This document shows, piece after piece, positions 37,549 to 49,800 of a DNA stretch of 64,000 nucleotides. Position numbers and translations under genes: made by a program. Origin of the DNA: Ignavibacteriales bacterium (GTDB lineage: Bacteria > Bacteroidota > Ignavibacteria > UBA10030 > UBA6906); the NCBI GenBank assembly GCA_037441705.1, contig JBBIRR010000013.1, positions 1 to 64,000 of the forward strand, read 5' to 3'. Every line of letters starts with the position of its first letter. The first letter of the stretch is position 1. Under the pieces are notes generated by a model. That model ran no database searches and was not told where the DNA came from. It saw only the letters and a list, made by a program, of their open reading frames with translations.

Positions 37549-38570
37549 TAGCGGCGACTCTTGATAAGAACTTTCGCGTAGCGATTCAGGTTTTCCAGGA
37601 CGATGCCCGTGCCGCGCACAACGGCACTGAGGGGGTCTTCCGAGACGTGCACGGGCAAACTGGTTTCCAGTCGGAGGCGTTCGTCCAGGCCACGCAGAAG
37701 GGCGCCGCCGCCGCTGAGCATGATGCCGCGGTCAAGAATGTCGGCCGCGAGTTCGGGCGGCGTCCGCTCGAGCGTCTGTTTGATCGCATCCACCATCGCC
37801 TGAACCGGCTCGGCAAGCGCCTCGCGGATTTCCACCGAGCTTGCTTCGGTGATCTTCGGGATGCCGTTAACCAGATCCCGCCCCTTCACGCGGATGGTGA
37901 TCTCTTCCTTCAGCGGCATGGCCGAGCCGACTTCCTTCTTGATGGCTTCGGCCGTCCGCTCACCGACAAGGATGTTGTGATTTTTCTTGAAGAACTGAAT
38001 GATGGCGTTGTTCATCTCATCGCCGGCAACCCGAATGGACTCTTCGTTGACGATGCCCGAGAGTGCGATGACGGCAATCTCCGTTGTGCCTCCTCCGATG
38101 TCCACGATCATGTTGCCCACGGCTGCTTCCACATCCAGCCCCACGCCGATGGCGGCGGCCATAGGCTCGGCGATCAAGTGCACTTCTTTGGCGCCGGCGT
38201 GCTCGGCCGAATCCCGCACGGCGCGCTTCTCCACTTCCGTCACGCCGCTGGGCACACAGATGACGATGCGGCGGCTGGGCATCCAGTTCGCGTTGATCTT
38301 CTTGATAAACTCGCGCAGCATCCCTTCGGCGATCTCGAAATCGGCAATCACGCCGTCCTTCATCGGACGGATGGTGCGGATATCGCGGTGCGTGCGTCCG
38401 AGCATCTCCTGTGCTTCCTTACCGATGGCCACGATCTTTTTCGTGTTTCGATCGAAGGCCACAATCGAAGGCTCGTTCAGCACGATGCCCTTGCCCTTCT
38501 GATAGATGAGTGTATTGGCGGTGCCAAGATCAATCGCCAGGTCGGCGGAAAAGAAGCCGAAGATGCCCAT
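37545..38570 (-). CDS. mreB: Actin-like rod shape protein MreB
   Basis: [22 protein letters not shown] and GGGALL. Confidence 0.97.
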   Translation of the reverse strand: MGIFGFFSADLAIDLGTANTLIYQKGKGIVLNEPSIVAFDRNTKKIVAIGKEAQEMLGRTHRDIRTIRPMKDGVIADFEIAEGMLREFIKKINANWMPSRRIVICVPSGVTEVEKRAVRDSAEHAGAKEVHLIAEPMAAAIGVGLDVEAAVGNMIVDIGGGTTEIAVIALSGIVNEESIRVAGDEMNNAIIQFFKKNHNILVGERTAEAIKKEVGSAMPLKEEITIRVKGRDLVNGIPKITEASSVEIREALAEPVQAMVDAIKQTLERTPPELAADILDRGIMLSGGGALLRGLDERLRLETSLPVHVSEDPLSAVVRGTGIVLENLNRYAKVLIKSRRY

Positions 38571-38606
38571 GAATGCTCTCTATAACGTAAGGAATGATTC
38601 GAAACT

Positions 38607-40148
38607 TCAATGCCTGAAATGCCGCACGCCCGTAAACACCATTGCCACGTCGTGCTTGTCGGCCGCGGCGATCACTTCTTCATCGCGCACCGAGCCGCCG
38701 GGTTGAATCACGCACGTCGAGCCGGCGTGGATGGCTTCAAGCAACCCATCGGCAAAGGGGAAGAACGCGTCGGATGCGACGGCCGTCCCTTCCACACTCA
38801 GCCCCATCTCCGCGGCTTTCCACGCTGCAAGCCGCGCAGCATCGACGCGTGACATTTGGCCCGCTCCGATGCCGATCGTCCTATCGGCGTGCGCGTACAC
38901 GATGGCGTTGGACTTCACGTGCTTTGCCACCCGCCACGCGAAGGCCATCGCGCGCTGCTCCTCCGGCGTCGGTTTCCGTTTGGTGACCACCCGTGCACTC
39001 TGCACCTCGTTGCGCCACTCATCGGGATCTTGAACCAACACACCCCCCGGAACGCTGCGGATATCGGGCGCGTGAACCGCACGAAGATCTGCATGGAGAC
39101 GGATCACCCGCCGGTCTTTCTTTTTCTGCAAAAACTCCAGCACGCCGTTAGCGAACGAGGGCGCAACAATCACCTCCGTGAAAATCTCGTTTATCATTTC
39201 CGCAGCTTCCATGTCGAGTTCTTTGTTCAGGGCAACGATGCCTCCGAAGGCGCTTTTCGTGTCGGTGGCAAACGCCTTCGCATACGCCTCGGCGATCGTC
39301 TGCGCGGAACCGACACCACACGGGTTGGTGTGTTTGATGATGGCAACGGTCGGCTCATCGAATTCCGCGACAAGCCGCGCAGCAGCCGTGCAATCCACAA
39401 TATTGTTGTACGAAAGTTCCTTCCCGTGCAGCTTCTCGAACATGGAGGTAAAACTCCCGTAGAGCACGGCGCGCTGATGCGGATTCTCGCCGTATCGGAG
39501 TTCCTGATCTTTTCGCAGCGCAAGATGAAAAACATCAGGAAAGGAATCCGGGCGGCCCCTGAGCGTGTCGAGATAGCCGGCGACGACGGAATCGTACGCC
39601 GCAGTGTGGCGGAACGCTTCGCGCGCCAGATCGAAACACGTTTCCTCCGACAGCGTGCAGTGGCTCGCCTTCATTTCCGCGATAACGGGGTCGTAACGAT
39701 CCGGATTGACAATCACTGCCTTGTGCCGAAAATTCTTCGCGGCTGCGCGCAGCATAGCGGGCCCACCGATATCAATCTGCTCGAGCGCATCGTCCAGGCT
39801 CACATCGGCACGTGCCACCGTTCGCTCGAACGGATACAGATTGACCACCACCATGTCAATCGGCTCGATGTGGAGTTGTTCCAACTGCTTCGTATGCTCG
39901 TCGTTGTCGGCAACGGCCAGCAGACCGCCGTAGATTCGCGGGTGGAGTGTCTTGACTCTGCCGTCGAGGATTTCCGGGAACCCGGTGACATCCGAAACGC
40001 GGCGGGCAGAGATCCCCTCTTCCGCAAGCGCCTGATAGGTTCCCCCCGTGGAGATCAACTCAACATTCATAGCGCGGAGCGCCCGTGCAAAGGCGATGAG
40101 ACCGCGTTTGTCGGAAACACTGATGAGTGCGCGATGGATGTGCGGCAA
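38607..40148 (-). CDS. purH: Bifunctional AICAR transformylase/IMP cyclohydrolase
   Basis: [33 protein letters not shown] and C-terminal RHFRH. Confidence 0.97.
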   Translation of the reverse strand: MPHIHRALISVSDKRGLIAFARALRAMNVELISTGGTYQALAEEGISARRVSDVTGFPEILDGRVKTLHPRIYGGLLAVADNDEHTKQLEQLHIEPIDMVVVNLYPFERTVARADVSLDDALEQIDIGGPAMLRAAAKNFRHKAVIVNPDRYDPVIAEMKASHCTLSEETCFDLAREAFRHTAAYDSVVAGYLDTLRGRPDSFPDVFHLALRKDQELRYGENPHQRAVLYGSFTSMFEKLHGKELSYNNIVDCTAAARLVAEFDEPTVAIIKHTNPCGVGSAQTIAEAYAKAFATDTKSAFGGIVALNKELDMEAAEMINEIFTEVIVAPSFANGVLEFLQKKKDRRVIRLHADLRAVHAPDIRSVPGGVLVQDPDEWRNEVQSARVVTKRKPTPEEQRAMAFAWRVAKHVKSNAIVYAHADRTIGIGAGQMSRVDAARLAAWKAAEMGLSVEGTAVASDAFFPFADGLLEAIHAGSTCVIQPGGSVRDEEVIAAADKHDVAMVFTGVRHFRH

Positions 40149-40184
40149 GTCGGTGCTTTCTCTGATGTCGTTACTCCAACAGCG

Positions 40185-40790
40185 TTACGAAACAATACCT
40201 TCGGCAAATTGTCGCAGAACTTCGGGATACAACTCGTGCTCGATCGTCAGGACGCGAGCGGCCAGCGACTCCGGCGTGTCGTCGGGCTTGACCTCCACGC
40301 GCCGCTGGAGGATGACATCGCCGTGATCGTACTCTTCATCCACGTAATGCACGGAGGCGCCGGAAACTTTCTCGCCCGCTCTAATCACCGCTTCGTGCAC
40401 GCGCATACCGTACATCCCCTGCCCGCCAAACTTGGGCAACAGGGCAGGATGAATGTTGATGATGCGACGGCGGAATTGGTTGATGATCTGCTGAGGCACC
40501 CGCTTCATGTACCCTGCCAGCACGATGAAGTTCACATCATAGCTGCGCAGTGTGGCAAGAAGATGGTTCACGAAGTCAGTGTCGCTGGAGAATTGCTTCT
40601 CGCTGATATGTTCTGCGGGAATGCCACTACCACGCGCGATCTCCAGAATCCCGGCGGTGGAGTTGTTGCTGATGACCACGCGAATCGCCGCATTCGGGAT
40701 CGTTCCCCGTTGAATCGCTTGCAGAATCGCCTGAAAGTTCGACCCACGTCCCGACCCAAAGACCGCAATGTTGAGGAAGCGATTCAACAT
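40185..40790 (-). CDS. purN: Phosphoribosylglycinamide formyltransferase
   Basis: SGRGSNF, LAGYM, NIHPALLP and EH.LYP. Confidence 0.96.
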   Translation of the reverse strand: MLNRFLNIAVFGSGRGSNFQAILQAIQRGTIPNAAIRVVISNNSTAGILEIARGSGIPAEHISEKQFSSDTDFVNHLLATLRSYDVNFIVLAGYMKRVPQQIINQFRRRIINIHPALLPKFGGQGMYGMRVHEAVIRAGEKVSGASVHYVDEEYDHGDVILQRRVEVKPDDTPESLAARVLTIEHELYPEVLRQFAEGIVS

Positions 40791-40960
40791 CTCCGTTCAA
40801 AAAATCCGAGAAAAAGGTACACGTATTTTGCTACAGAATCAATAAAACCGCCCGCGGCTAGGAACTTCCAATTGCATCTGCATGACCTTTCGGTTATATT
40901 TGATGTGCTGCAAAACTCAACATTCGACGACATTTTAGCACGGAAGAGGTTGTTCGGCTT

Positions 40961-43099
40961 ATGCCTATCATGACACGCATGCGGGAAAGCATGCCTGTGA
41001 TCCTTTTCGGACTTCTCATTGCATTTCTTGTTACGATCATTTTTGAATGGGGGATGGATTATCTGGGCCTGACCTCGGGCAGGGGCCAGCACTCCGCTAT
41101 CGGGTCGGTGAATGGGAAGGAGATTACGTTTCAGGAATTCAGCGAGCTGGTGCGCACGGTTTCGGAAAACCAGCAACAGCGATCGAACGTCGAGCCGGAC
41201 GAAAACCAGATGCGCCAAACCCGCCAACAGGTATGGGATCAACTGGTCAATCAGCGGCTGATTGACGAACAGATCGCAAAGCTCGGGCTGGTGGTGAGCG
41301 ATCAGGAGATTGTGGACTGGGTGCGCGGAGACAACCCGCCCGAAGACTTGAAGCGGAACTTCATTGATTCGACCGGGACGTTCCGCCGCGACATCTACGA
41401 ACAGTTCTTGCGTGATCCCAACCAATTCATCCATGACCCGCAAGGCGTCGATCGGGCGTTTGGTTCGAAGTGGCTCGCCGACTATGAGAAGAATCTCCGC
41501 CAGCGCAGACTCCAGGAAAAGCTTCAGAGCCTCGTCACCGCAAGCGTGCGCGTCACCGAAGGGGAAGTCCGCAAGCGATTCATCGACCAGAATATCCGAT
41601 ACGATGTGCTCTTCGCCCTCTTCGATCCGAACGCGTTTGTGAAGGACGATGACATAACGGTAACCGACGCGGATTTGAAAGCATACTACGATGAGAACAT
41701 CGAGGTATACAAAGTTCAAGCCTCGCGCAAATTGAAGTATGTAACCTTCCTCGAACATCCCTCGGCGGCAGATACTGCGGCGAAGATGAGTGAGATTGAA
41801 GAGGCGCTCAAGAAAGCAAAGGAAGGGCAGGACTTCCTTCAGCTTGTCGATATTTATTCGGACAGACCCGACAGCGGCGCATGGTTCAAACATGGCGAAC
41901 TCTCGCCCTCCATCGAGAAGGCAGTGTTTGCGGCGAAGAAAGGAGATGTCATCGGCCCGCTCAACGAGTTCGATGGGTTCCATATCATCAAAGTGCTCGA
42001 CGAGCGCAAGGGGACGCAGGAGTTCGTGCGCGCCAGTCACATCCTCTTTCAATTGACGGGGGCCGATTCGAACGATGTGAAGGAGAGAGCGCGTGAGGTC
42101 GCACGGAAAGCGCGGGCCGGAGCCGACTTTGCCGCGCTGGCAGCCACCTACTCGAAAGATCCGAGCAATGCACAGCAAGGCGGCGATCTGGGCTGGTTCG
42201 GGAAGGGACGGATGGTGCCGGAATTCGAGCAGGCCGCGTTCAAAGCGAAGGTGGGCGACGTTGTTGGTCCCATTCGCACCACGTTCGGGCTGCACATTAT
42301 CAAAGTGACCGGGCGCGACGCACGCGAGTTGCATCTTGCGCAGATCGTGACAAAACTGGTTGCAAGCTCACAAACGAAGAACGACGTCGCCGACCGCGCA
42401 AAAGATTTTGCCGTGCTTGCACAGTCATCCGAGTTTATGAAAGAAGCAAAGGCCGTCGGACTTGAGGTTCGCGAAGCCGACGTGCAGGAAAAGGGAGGCG
42501 TGATTCCCGGGCTGGGCGTGAACGAGAGCGTGACGAAGTGGGCCTTCAAGAACAGCGTCGGCTCGGTAAGCGATCCCTTCACGATTCCCAACGGGTGGGC
42601 GGTCTTTACGATCGCAGAAGCCAAGGATGCCGGTGTCCGTCCTTTTGACGAGGTGAAGGAGTCGTTCCGTCCTCAAGTGCTTCGCAAAAAGAAAATGGAA
42701 AAAGTGAAAGAGCTTGCTGCGAGCCTCAAAGCGAAGCTTGCACCCAACGACAGTCTCACACGGCTCACCACGCTTGAGCCGCGAGTGCAGGTGCAGGGTA
42801 CCGGCCCGTTCCTTGCCAGCGCGGGTATCCCCGGTGTCGGGCGCGATCAGACGTTCCTCGGCGTGGTTGAGGGATTGAACACCGGGCAAATCTCTGCACC
42901 GTTTGTCGGGTTTCGCGGCGTGTACCTTGTTCAGCTCAGGACGAAAACGCCGTTCGACTCGACGGCGTATGCGAGCCAGCGCGAAATCCTCCGCTCGCAG
43001 ATGCTGCAAGAAAAACGCAACCGCTATGTGGGTGAGTGGCTGGCGAAGTTGAAAGAAACTGCCGATATCGAGGACAATCGGGATCTCTTCTATCGTTGA
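40961..43099 (+). CDS. PpiD/SurA-type membrane-anchored peptidyl-prolyl isomerase
   Basis: N-terminal TM, SurA_N domain, parvulin motifs ASHIL, GGDLGWF and FGLHIIKV. Confidence 0.9.
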   Translation: MPIMTRMRESMPVILFGLLIAFLVTIIFEWGMDYLGLTSGRGQHSAIGSVNGKEITFQEFSELVRTVSENQQQRSNVEPDENQMRQTRQQVWDQLVNQRLIDEQIAKLGLVVSDQEIVDWVRGDNPPEDLKRNFIDSTGTFRRDIYEQFLRDPNQFIHDPQGVDRAFGSKWLADYEKNLRQRRLQEKLQSLVTASVRVTEGEVRKRFIDQNIRYDVLFALFDPNAFVKDDDITVTDADLKAYYDENIEVYKVQASRKLKYVTFLEHPSAADTAAKMSEIEEALKKAKEGQDFLQLVDIYSDRPDSGAWFKHGELSPSIEKAVFAAKKGDVIGPLNEFDGFHIIKVLDERKGTQEFVRASHILFQLTGADSNDVKERAREVARKARAGADFAALAATYSKDPSNAQQGGDLGWFGKGRMVPEFEQAAFKAKVGDVVGPIRTTFGLHIIKVTGRDARELHLAQIVTKLVASSQTKNDVADRAKDFAVLAQSSEFMKEAKAVGLEVREADVQEKGGVIPGLGVNESVTKWAFKNSVGSVSDPFTIPNGWAVFTIAEAKDAGVRPFDEVKESFRPQVLRKKKMEKVKELAASLKAKLAPNDSLTRLTTLEPRVQVQGTGPFLASAGIPGVGRDQTFLGVVEGLNTGQISAPFVGFRGVYLVQLRTKTPFDSTAYASQREILRSQMLQEKRNRYVGEWLAKLKETADIEDNRDLFYR

Positions 43100-43116
43100 T
43101 CTGCAGGAGGTGAGGT

Positions 43117-43842
43117 ATGGGAACTCTTCGTCGGTCGGTTGTGCGATCGAGCGTTCTCATCATTGCGGGGGTGTTTGTGCTGGCACCCACCATACGCGCC
43201 GAAGGGCGATATTTTTCGATCGCGGTGAAAGGCAGCCTTACCACCACGTCACAGCTTTTCCCTAATCCGAACTCGCCGGATGAAGTACAGCGCGCGCAAT
43301 TCATTTCATTGAAAGATATCTGGGGCATCGGCGTGGAAGTGCGTTACCGATTTCCCGAAACCGATCTTGCCCTGGCCCTCTCGGCAGATTATCTGCGCAC
43401 GACACAGCGTTCCTCGATTCGCCTCTCCGGCAACAGAACCATTCCCGTTGACGATGGATACCGGGTCATACCGGTGGAACTCACCGGATACTTTCTCATT
43501 CCCCTTTCCGGAGAGACGATCGGTGTGTACATGGGCGGCGGCGGCGGCGCGTACTTCGGCCGCAGAGTCTACCGCATCGGCAGTGTTGAAGCGCCCTCCA
43601 CCAACCACGGCGTCGGATTCGGCATCCATGTGTTGAGCGGCGTAAGCTACCGGTTCACCGACATGATCTCTGCTGTGGCCGAGATGAAGTTTCGCGACTT
43701 GCAGTTCACGTCGGTCAATCAATTCTCATCCTCGACCATTCGCTACGGTTCCACAGTGGTGCCGGTAAGCACGCTGCCGTTCGAGTCACGCGTCCACACA
43801 GACGGGATCGTCTTCCAGCTGGGTATCGTGATCGCCTTTTGA
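43117..43842 (+). CDS. Outer-membrane beta-barrel protein (OmpW/porin-like)
   Basis: SD GGAGG, signal peptide, YMGGGGG strand and C-terminal Phe. Confidence 0.72.
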   Translation: MGTLRRSVVRSSVLIIAGVFVLAPTIRAEGRYFSIAVKGSLTTTSQLFPNPNSPDEVQRAQFISLKDIWGIGVEVRYRFPETDLALALSADYLRTTQRSSIRLSGNRTIPVDDGYRVIPVELTGYFLIPLSGETIGVYMGGGGGAYFGRRVYRIGSVEAPSTNHGVGFGIHVLSGVSYRFTDMISAVAEMKFRDLQFTSVNQFSSSTIRYGSTVVPVSTLPFESRVHTDGIVFQLGIVIAF

Positions 43843-43848
43843 AATGGT

Positions 43849-44577
43849 GTGACCGTCTCGCCCGACCTCCGTCCCGTCTCTTCCGATCCTGAAGCCCTGC
43901 GTCGTCGGCTTGCCGCGCGCTTCGATCTCGCTTTGCATGATGTGCAGATCGGCGCAACGACCTTCAGAGTTCTCAAGGTCCGCGACTCGAACGTTCTCCT
44001 TGAGGCCATCCTTCCGGAGGTGTTTGCGCGGGATGAGCGTCTGCCCTACTGGGCCGACGTATGGAGTTCCTCCGTCGAGCTTGCGCGGTGGTGTTTGGAA
44101 GAGGCCGATCTGCAGGGGAAACGCATTCTGGAGATCGGGTGCGGGTTGGGTCTTGCGGGCATTGCCGCGGCACATGCAGGCGCGTGCGTAACGTTGTCGG
44201 ACTATGATCGGGATGCGATTGCGTTTGCTGAATTCAATGCTGCGACCAATCTTTCCCCCTCCCGGGCATCGGGTGTCCGTCTCCTGTACCTCGATTGGCG
44301 AGACTTGCCTTCTTTGCAGCCGTTTGATATGATTATAGGGGCGGATGTCGCGTACGAGCGGTCAAGCTTCAATGCACTGATTGACGTCCTGCGAAAACTC
44401 TTGAAACCATCCGGGGTTGCTCTCTTGACCGAGCCTGATCGTACAATAGGAGCGGATTTCTTTGCCATGATCGTCAAGCACGGATTTCAAATATCAACAA
44501 CGGCGCGGCCGGTTGTGTGGGAGGGGAGAACAAATACCATCAATCGGGTCCTCCTGTGGCACACCGAAGTAGCCTAA
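43849..44577 (+). CDS. SAM-dependent methyltransferase (Methyltransf_16 / METTL21-like)
   Basis: PYWADVWSS, ILEIGCGLGL, LDW and IIGADVAY. Confidence 0.85.
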   Translation: MTVSPDLRPVSSDPEALRRRLAARFDLALHDVQIGATTFRVLKVRDSNVLLEAILPEVFARDERLPYWADVWSSSVELARWCLEEADLQGKRILEIGCGLGLAGIAAAHAGACVTLSDYDRDAIAFAEFNAATNLSPSRASGVRLLYLDWRDLPSLQPFDMIIGADVAYERSSFNALIDVLRKLLKPSGVALLTEPDRTIGADFFAMIVKHGFQISTTARPVVWEGRTNTINRVLLWHTEVA

Positions 44578-44601
44578 GTTCCTTGCAAGCATGAGGCGGC
44601 G

Positions 44602-45162
44602 ATGGAGACTCCTGCGACAAAACGCAAGCATCTCATCTATCTCACCGGCTTCATGGGCTGCGGGAAAAGTACGATCGGGCCTATCCTGGCGAACACGCTC
44701 GGCTATTCGTTCGCAGATGTCGATAAGGTCATCGAAGAACGGGTGGGCAAGAGCGTGAAAGATATTTTTCGAGAAGATGGCGAGAAGTTCTTTCGCGACA
44801 TCGAGCGGCAGGTGGTGAGCGAACTGAGCCAGCGCGATCATCATGTGGTTTCTCTCGGAGGCGGCTCGGTGGTCGATCCGGGAACGTTTGCGGTGGTCAA
44901 GAACTCGGGTATTCTCGTCTATCTCTACTCGTCGCCCGAGCAGCTTTTGCGACGGCTTCAGCACAAAACAGATCGGCCCGTGCTTGCCAACAGCGAGGGT
45001 GCGAACCTTGAGCCGGAGGAACTGCGCGAACGCGTTCTGCAATTGTTTGCGGCGCGAGAACCCCTCTACGCCCAGGCCCAGGTCATCGTTCATACAGACG
45101 AAAAACGAGTCGGACTGACGGTCGACGAAATTGTGCGAAGGTTGTCACAACTTCTCAAATGA
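44602..45162 (+). CDS. aroK: Shikimate kinase
   Basis: GFMGCGKST, GEKFFRDIE, SLGGG, RP.L and R.PLY. Confidence 0.95.
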   Translation: METPATKRKHLIYLTGFMGCGKSTIGPILANTLGYSFADVDKVIEERVGKSVKDIFREDGEKFFRDIERQVVSELSQRDHHVVSLGGGSVVDPGTFAVVKNSGILVYLYSSPEQLLRRLQHKTDRPVLANSEGANLEPEELRERVLQLFAAREPLYAQAQVIVHTDEKRVGLTVDEIVRRLSQLLK

Positions 45163-45258
45163 GGATTCCCCTTATTGTCGCAGCTGCTTCGCGTTGCATC
45201 TCGCAAGGGTAATCTCTATATTCTCGCACATTACAACAGGATAGGGGGAGTGCGTTCT

Positions 45259-46266
45259 ATGGTTACGTTTACCGAAAGCCGTCTCCAGGAACTTCTGGAG
45301 GCGTTCAAGACGAAGAAGGTTGCCGTCGTGGGCGATTTGATGGTGGACCGGTATTACTGGGGAACGGTGGGCCGCATTTCCCCCGAAGCGCCCGTCCCGG
45401 TAGTCGAAGTCGTAGAGGAACAGGTACGGCTCGGCGGCGCAGCAAACGTTGCCAACAACATCCAGACCCTCGGCGGCGAACCGATGCTTGTCGGCCTGAT
45501 CGGCAACGACCACCCCGGCCAGGTCTTCATCGAGATTCTCAAGGAACGTAACCTCCCCTCGAAAGGAATTGTTACGGACGCCTCGCGTCCGACAACGATC
45601 AAGACGCGGGTGATTGCACACGCCCAGCACGTCGTCCGCATCGACAACGAATCGAAAGCCGAGTGTCCCGAACACATCCGGCACATGATCATTGATGCCG
45701 TCAAGTACAACATCCATGAGCTTGACGCAATCATCATTGAGGACTACAACAAAGGCGTGGTGACCAAGGATGTGATTCATGAGTTGATTGCCGTCGCCCG
45801 AAAGTATAACAAGATCATCACCGTCGATCCGAAGTTCAACAACTTCCTCGAATACAAACACGTCACCGTCTTCAAGCCGAACAGACGCGAGGTCGAGGAA
45901 GCAATTGGCGGCCGATTGAAATCCGTGGCCGACGTTGAACGCGCGGGAAAGCATCTGTTGGAAGTGCTTGAGGCCGAGAACATTCTGCTCACCCGCGGAG
46001 AGGAAGGAATGTCGCTGTTCGAGGCAAACGGTGCCATCACGCATATCCCGACACAGGCCACAAATGTGCAGGATGTGTCCGGGGCTGGCGATACGGTCGT
46101 CTCCACGCTGACGATGGCGCTGGCAAGCGGGGCAACGATTCATGAGGCGGCAACGCTGGCGAACTGCGCTGCGGGCGTTGTCGTCGGGTCTGTAGGCATC
46201 GTGCCGATCCAGCCCAAAGAGCTGGTGGAGGCCGCGTTGCGCTTCTCCAAAAACGGACGCGCCTGA
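45259..46266 (+). CDS. rfaE1: D-glycero-beta-D-manno-heptose-7-phosphate kinase
   Basis: VGDLMVDRY, RISPEAPVPV, GGAANVA and DVSGAGDTV. Confidence 0.93.
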   Translation: MVTFTESRLQELLEAFKTKKVAVVGDLMVDRYYWGTVGRISPEAPVPVVEVVEEQVRLGGAANVANNIQTLGGEPMLVGLIGNDHPGQVFIEILKERNLPSKGIVTDASRPTTIKTRVIAHAQHVVRIDNESKAECPEHIRHMIIDAVKYNIHELDAIIIEDYNKGVVTKDVIHELIAVARKYNKIITVDPKFNNFLEYKHVTVFKPNRREVEEAIGGRLKSVADVERAGKHLLEVLEAENILLTRGEEGMSLFEANGAITHIPTQATNVQDVSGAGDTVVSTLTMALASGATIHEAATLANCAAGVVVGSVGIVPIQPKELVEAALRFSKNGRA

Positions 46267-46742
46267 TGGGCAAAGTACTTTCTCTTCCGGCGTTGCGAAA
46301 GGTTCGCGAAAGACTTCGCAAGCAGCAGAAGAAGGTTGTCTTTACCAACGGGACGTTCGATATTCTGCATCGCGGCCACGTCGAGTATCTGACGAAGGCG
46401 AAAGCGCTGGGTGATGTTCTGATTGTGGGGCTGAACACCGACGCCTCCATTCGTCGCATCAAAGGGCCGCAGCGCCCGATCAACACCAATCGCGACCGGG
46501 CGGCGGTGCTGGCCGCACTTGCAGCAGTTGACTACATCTGCTTCTTCGGTGAGGATACGCCGCAGCGACTGATTGCGGCGCTCGTGCCGGATGTTTTGGT
46601 CAAAGGCGCGGATTGGAGCGTTAACGCAATTGTGGGGAAGGACATTGTGGAGAACCACGGCGGCGTGGTGAAAACGATCCGCCTCACCCCGGGTCGCTCC
46701 ACCACGAACGTCATCCGGCGCATTCTGAATGCGTATCGATGA
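46266..46742 (+). CDS. rfaE2: D-glycero-beta-D-manno-heptose 1-phosphate adenylyltransferase
   Basis: FTNGTFDILHRGH, GLNTD.S, KGADW and STT. Confidence 0.94.
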   Translation: MGKVLSLPALRKVRERLRKQQKKVVFTNGTFDILHRGHVEYLTKAKALGDVLIVGLNTDASIRRIKGPQRPINTNRDRAAVLAALAAVDYICFFGEDTPQRLIAALVPDVLVKGADWSVNAIVGKDIVENHGGVVKTIRLTPGRSTTNVIRRILNAYR

Positions 46743-46830
46743 GTGTCGAAGGACCGCGGTCCTTCTCCCCTGACGATTCATCAACAAAGCCGCGCGTGTC
46801 GCTTCGTGCACGCCGCAGTGGGAAAGATCA

Positions 46831-49800
46831 GTGAAGAAGATTTTCAAATGGCTTGCCTACGTTTCTGCCGGCATCATTGCTCTGGCCAGTATCGTTGCCG
46901 GCGTGAGTCAGACGCAATTCTTTCGCGATCGGCTTCGGTCGTTCGCTCTCGCACAGCTTGATTCCCTGCTCGATGCCGAGGTACGCCTCGGCGAAATTCG
47001 CGGCAATCTCATCACCGGCTTCTCCATTGATTCCGTCTTCATTGCCGTCCAGGGCGAACCGCTCATCAGCGCCGAGCGCCTTGTCCTTCGCTACGATCTC
47101 TTTCAGATTCCTTCTCGGCGCATCACCATCAGCAGCCTGATTCTTGTTCATCCCGAAGTTGCCTTCATCTGCGGAGCGGACGGCGTTTGGAATTTCGAGC
47201 GCATGGTGCGGCCCACACCCCAGGATTCGGCATCCCGGCCATTCGATTGGCCCATCAAAGTTGATTGGCTCGAAATCAAGGACGGCTCCATCCGACTTCT
47301 TGATTCTGCGGCGCTGGCTGCGCCGGATCATGAGACTACCGGTCTCTACTACGTCGAGTATCATGATTTCGCCCTGCACAATGTGAACCTCGTTGCCACC
47401 TCCTGCTCGATCACCCCGAGCGAGAAGCGAGCGCGTATCGCGGCATTGAGCTTCGATTCGGATCGTCCTCCGATCCACCTCAAATCGTTTTCCGGTGAGT
47501 TCAAGGTCACCCCTCAAGAGGCATCGGTCAAGAATATGATCGTGCAGACGGCGCGGTCGCACCTCATGCTGAACGCGGCGCTGAAAGACGTCAACCTCTT
47601 TGAGGGCCTGGAGCTTTCCGATCTGAAACAGAAACCCGTTGAGCTTTCCCTGCGCGCCCGGAGTCTCGATCTCGGCGAGCTGAAGCGCTTCATTCATCAG
47701 CTCGAGTTCTTGCACGGGGATGTGAAGGCGGAAATCGTCGCCGAAGGGGAATTCGGTCGTTTGGACATCAAGCAGATCGATCTCCTGACCCGCGCTTCCG
47801 AATTACATCTTGCAGGTACGCTCTCCAACCTGCATAGGCCCGACGCGCTGGAGCTCCACATCAAGTGTCGCGAGAGTGTCATCAACTACGCCGACGTCAT
47901 GGCGCTGATGCCCTCGTTTTCTTTGCCGGACATCAGCGCCATCGGCCCCGCAGGCATCTCCTTCGATTTCGACGGCACGCCGCTGCAGTTCACAACTGCG
48001 CTTTCCGTCCAGACGGATGCGGGATCGGTCTCCACGACGGGACTTGCGCTGACCATCGGCGGAGAGGAATCGCTCCGATATGACGGCGAGTTCACATTGC
48101 ACGCTGTGGATCTCTCCCGCGTTCTTCCGGAGAGTGAATGGACATCTTCTCTCACCGGCACGCTGCGCGTCAGCGGCGGCGGCACGTCGTTGGCCAACCT
48201 TGCAGCGCGGACTGAGCTTCTGATCGATTCGTCATACATCGGCGGGCAATCCGTGGAGGCAACCTCGGTAATCGTCACTGCCGCGCAGAGGAGTGTTGTC
48301 GGCGTTGCCCGGCTTACCCTGGGCACGATGCACACAGAGCTTGAAGCAAAGCTTGAGGACGCCACCGGCCCGGCGCCCCGCTTCAGCATTGCGGGGGCAA
48401 TTTCGTCGTTGAACCTCGCGGACCTTCTCAACGATCCAATTCACAACAGCGATCTGACGCTCCACCTCAACGCCGAAGGCACCGGCCTGGAGTGGGAGAA
48501 GCTGAACTGCACGGCGCTGTTGGACTTCTCCTCGTCTCGCTATCGCGAGTACAGGATCGACTCCGGCGCTGTGCACCTGCTGATCGACCAACGCGATCCG
48601 ATGCACAGTGCCATCAGCATCAATTCCAGTCTGGCAGACTTCTCTCTCAAGGGACAGTTTGATCTGGACTACATGGTGGGACTGATTCGATACGAGATCA
48701 ACAGCCTTCGGCTTGCAGTGGGCAAACGCCTGCGGGCGATTGATTCGACGTTAGCGACGACATTGGATGAGCGGGCCCTGGTTGCGTTAGGGGACCGCCT
48801 TGCTAAGCAGAAGAAGCGGTTGAACGCGGAGTACGAATTGCGCGTCAAAGACCTCGAGCCGCTTTCCATCCTTACCGGCAACCGTACGTTCGATGCCGTG
48901 GGTGTGATTGAAGGATCGCTGCAGGGAGATTACGCGATGCTGGCAGGCGATGCGCGGCTCGAACTGCGGGAGTTCTTCTACGGCAATGCCGATTCGGGCA
49001 TGCTGGTGCAGAACGGCCTCGCGACGCTTCGTTTCAACGATCTGCATCCTCTCAATCCGCTCTCCTCGCTCACCCTGCGCATTCGCGCCGACGCCGGCAA
49101 AATGCACATCAACCGCACGAAGCTCGACACGCTCAAGTTCGGTATCTTCTATGACAAAGAGTACGCGGGGTTTGTTGTGCAGGCTGATTACGACCGGGAC
49201 TATCACTTCCGCACCAATGGTCAGGTGGGGGTGACCGATGACGGAGTCCAGTTCACGCTCAGCAATCTCACGTTAGGCTATCAGGATTATCTCTGGCAAG
49301 CAGATGACGGGGCGGTGATTGCAGTGAATCCGCACAGCATGCGTGTTCATTCGTTCACGCTGCGGAGAGATTCACAAGCGGTGGTGCTGAACGGGTCCTT
49401 GGTCGCAGCCGATTCGGTTGAGGCAGCGGTGCACTGCCGCTCGCTTGATCTGGTAAGTCTGAAGTATGTCCTTCGGAAGGAAGAACAAGCAGGCGAAGCG
49501 CGTCTGTTCGAAGGCCGGGCGGATTTTGATGCATATGCTCACGGCACGCTTGCCAATCCGATCTATGACGCGACGCTTACGGCGCGCAATGTGTCGTTCC
49601 GCGGTTTTCCCTTCGGCGAGATTCACGGCACGCTGAACTATCGTGATGAGCAACTTGCGGCCAACTTTTCCATTGACAATCGGGCAGACAGGACCTCCGG
49701 CCAACCCGACCTCACCATTCGCGGCACCCTTCCCGTCCGCCTTGCGATAACGGGCGTTGACGCACGCTTTCCGGACACGCCGATGGATTTCGAGATCAAG

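Noticed and set aside
38856-40973. 705-aa plus-strand ORF, and similar long ORFs at 8335..9840, 9871..11283, 19054..20634, 40784..42334 and 53680..55494
   Set aside because: They are antisense shadows of well-supported genes (purH/purN, kgd, ileS, ppiD, Omp85 fusion) in GC-rich DNA, with no recognisable motifs.
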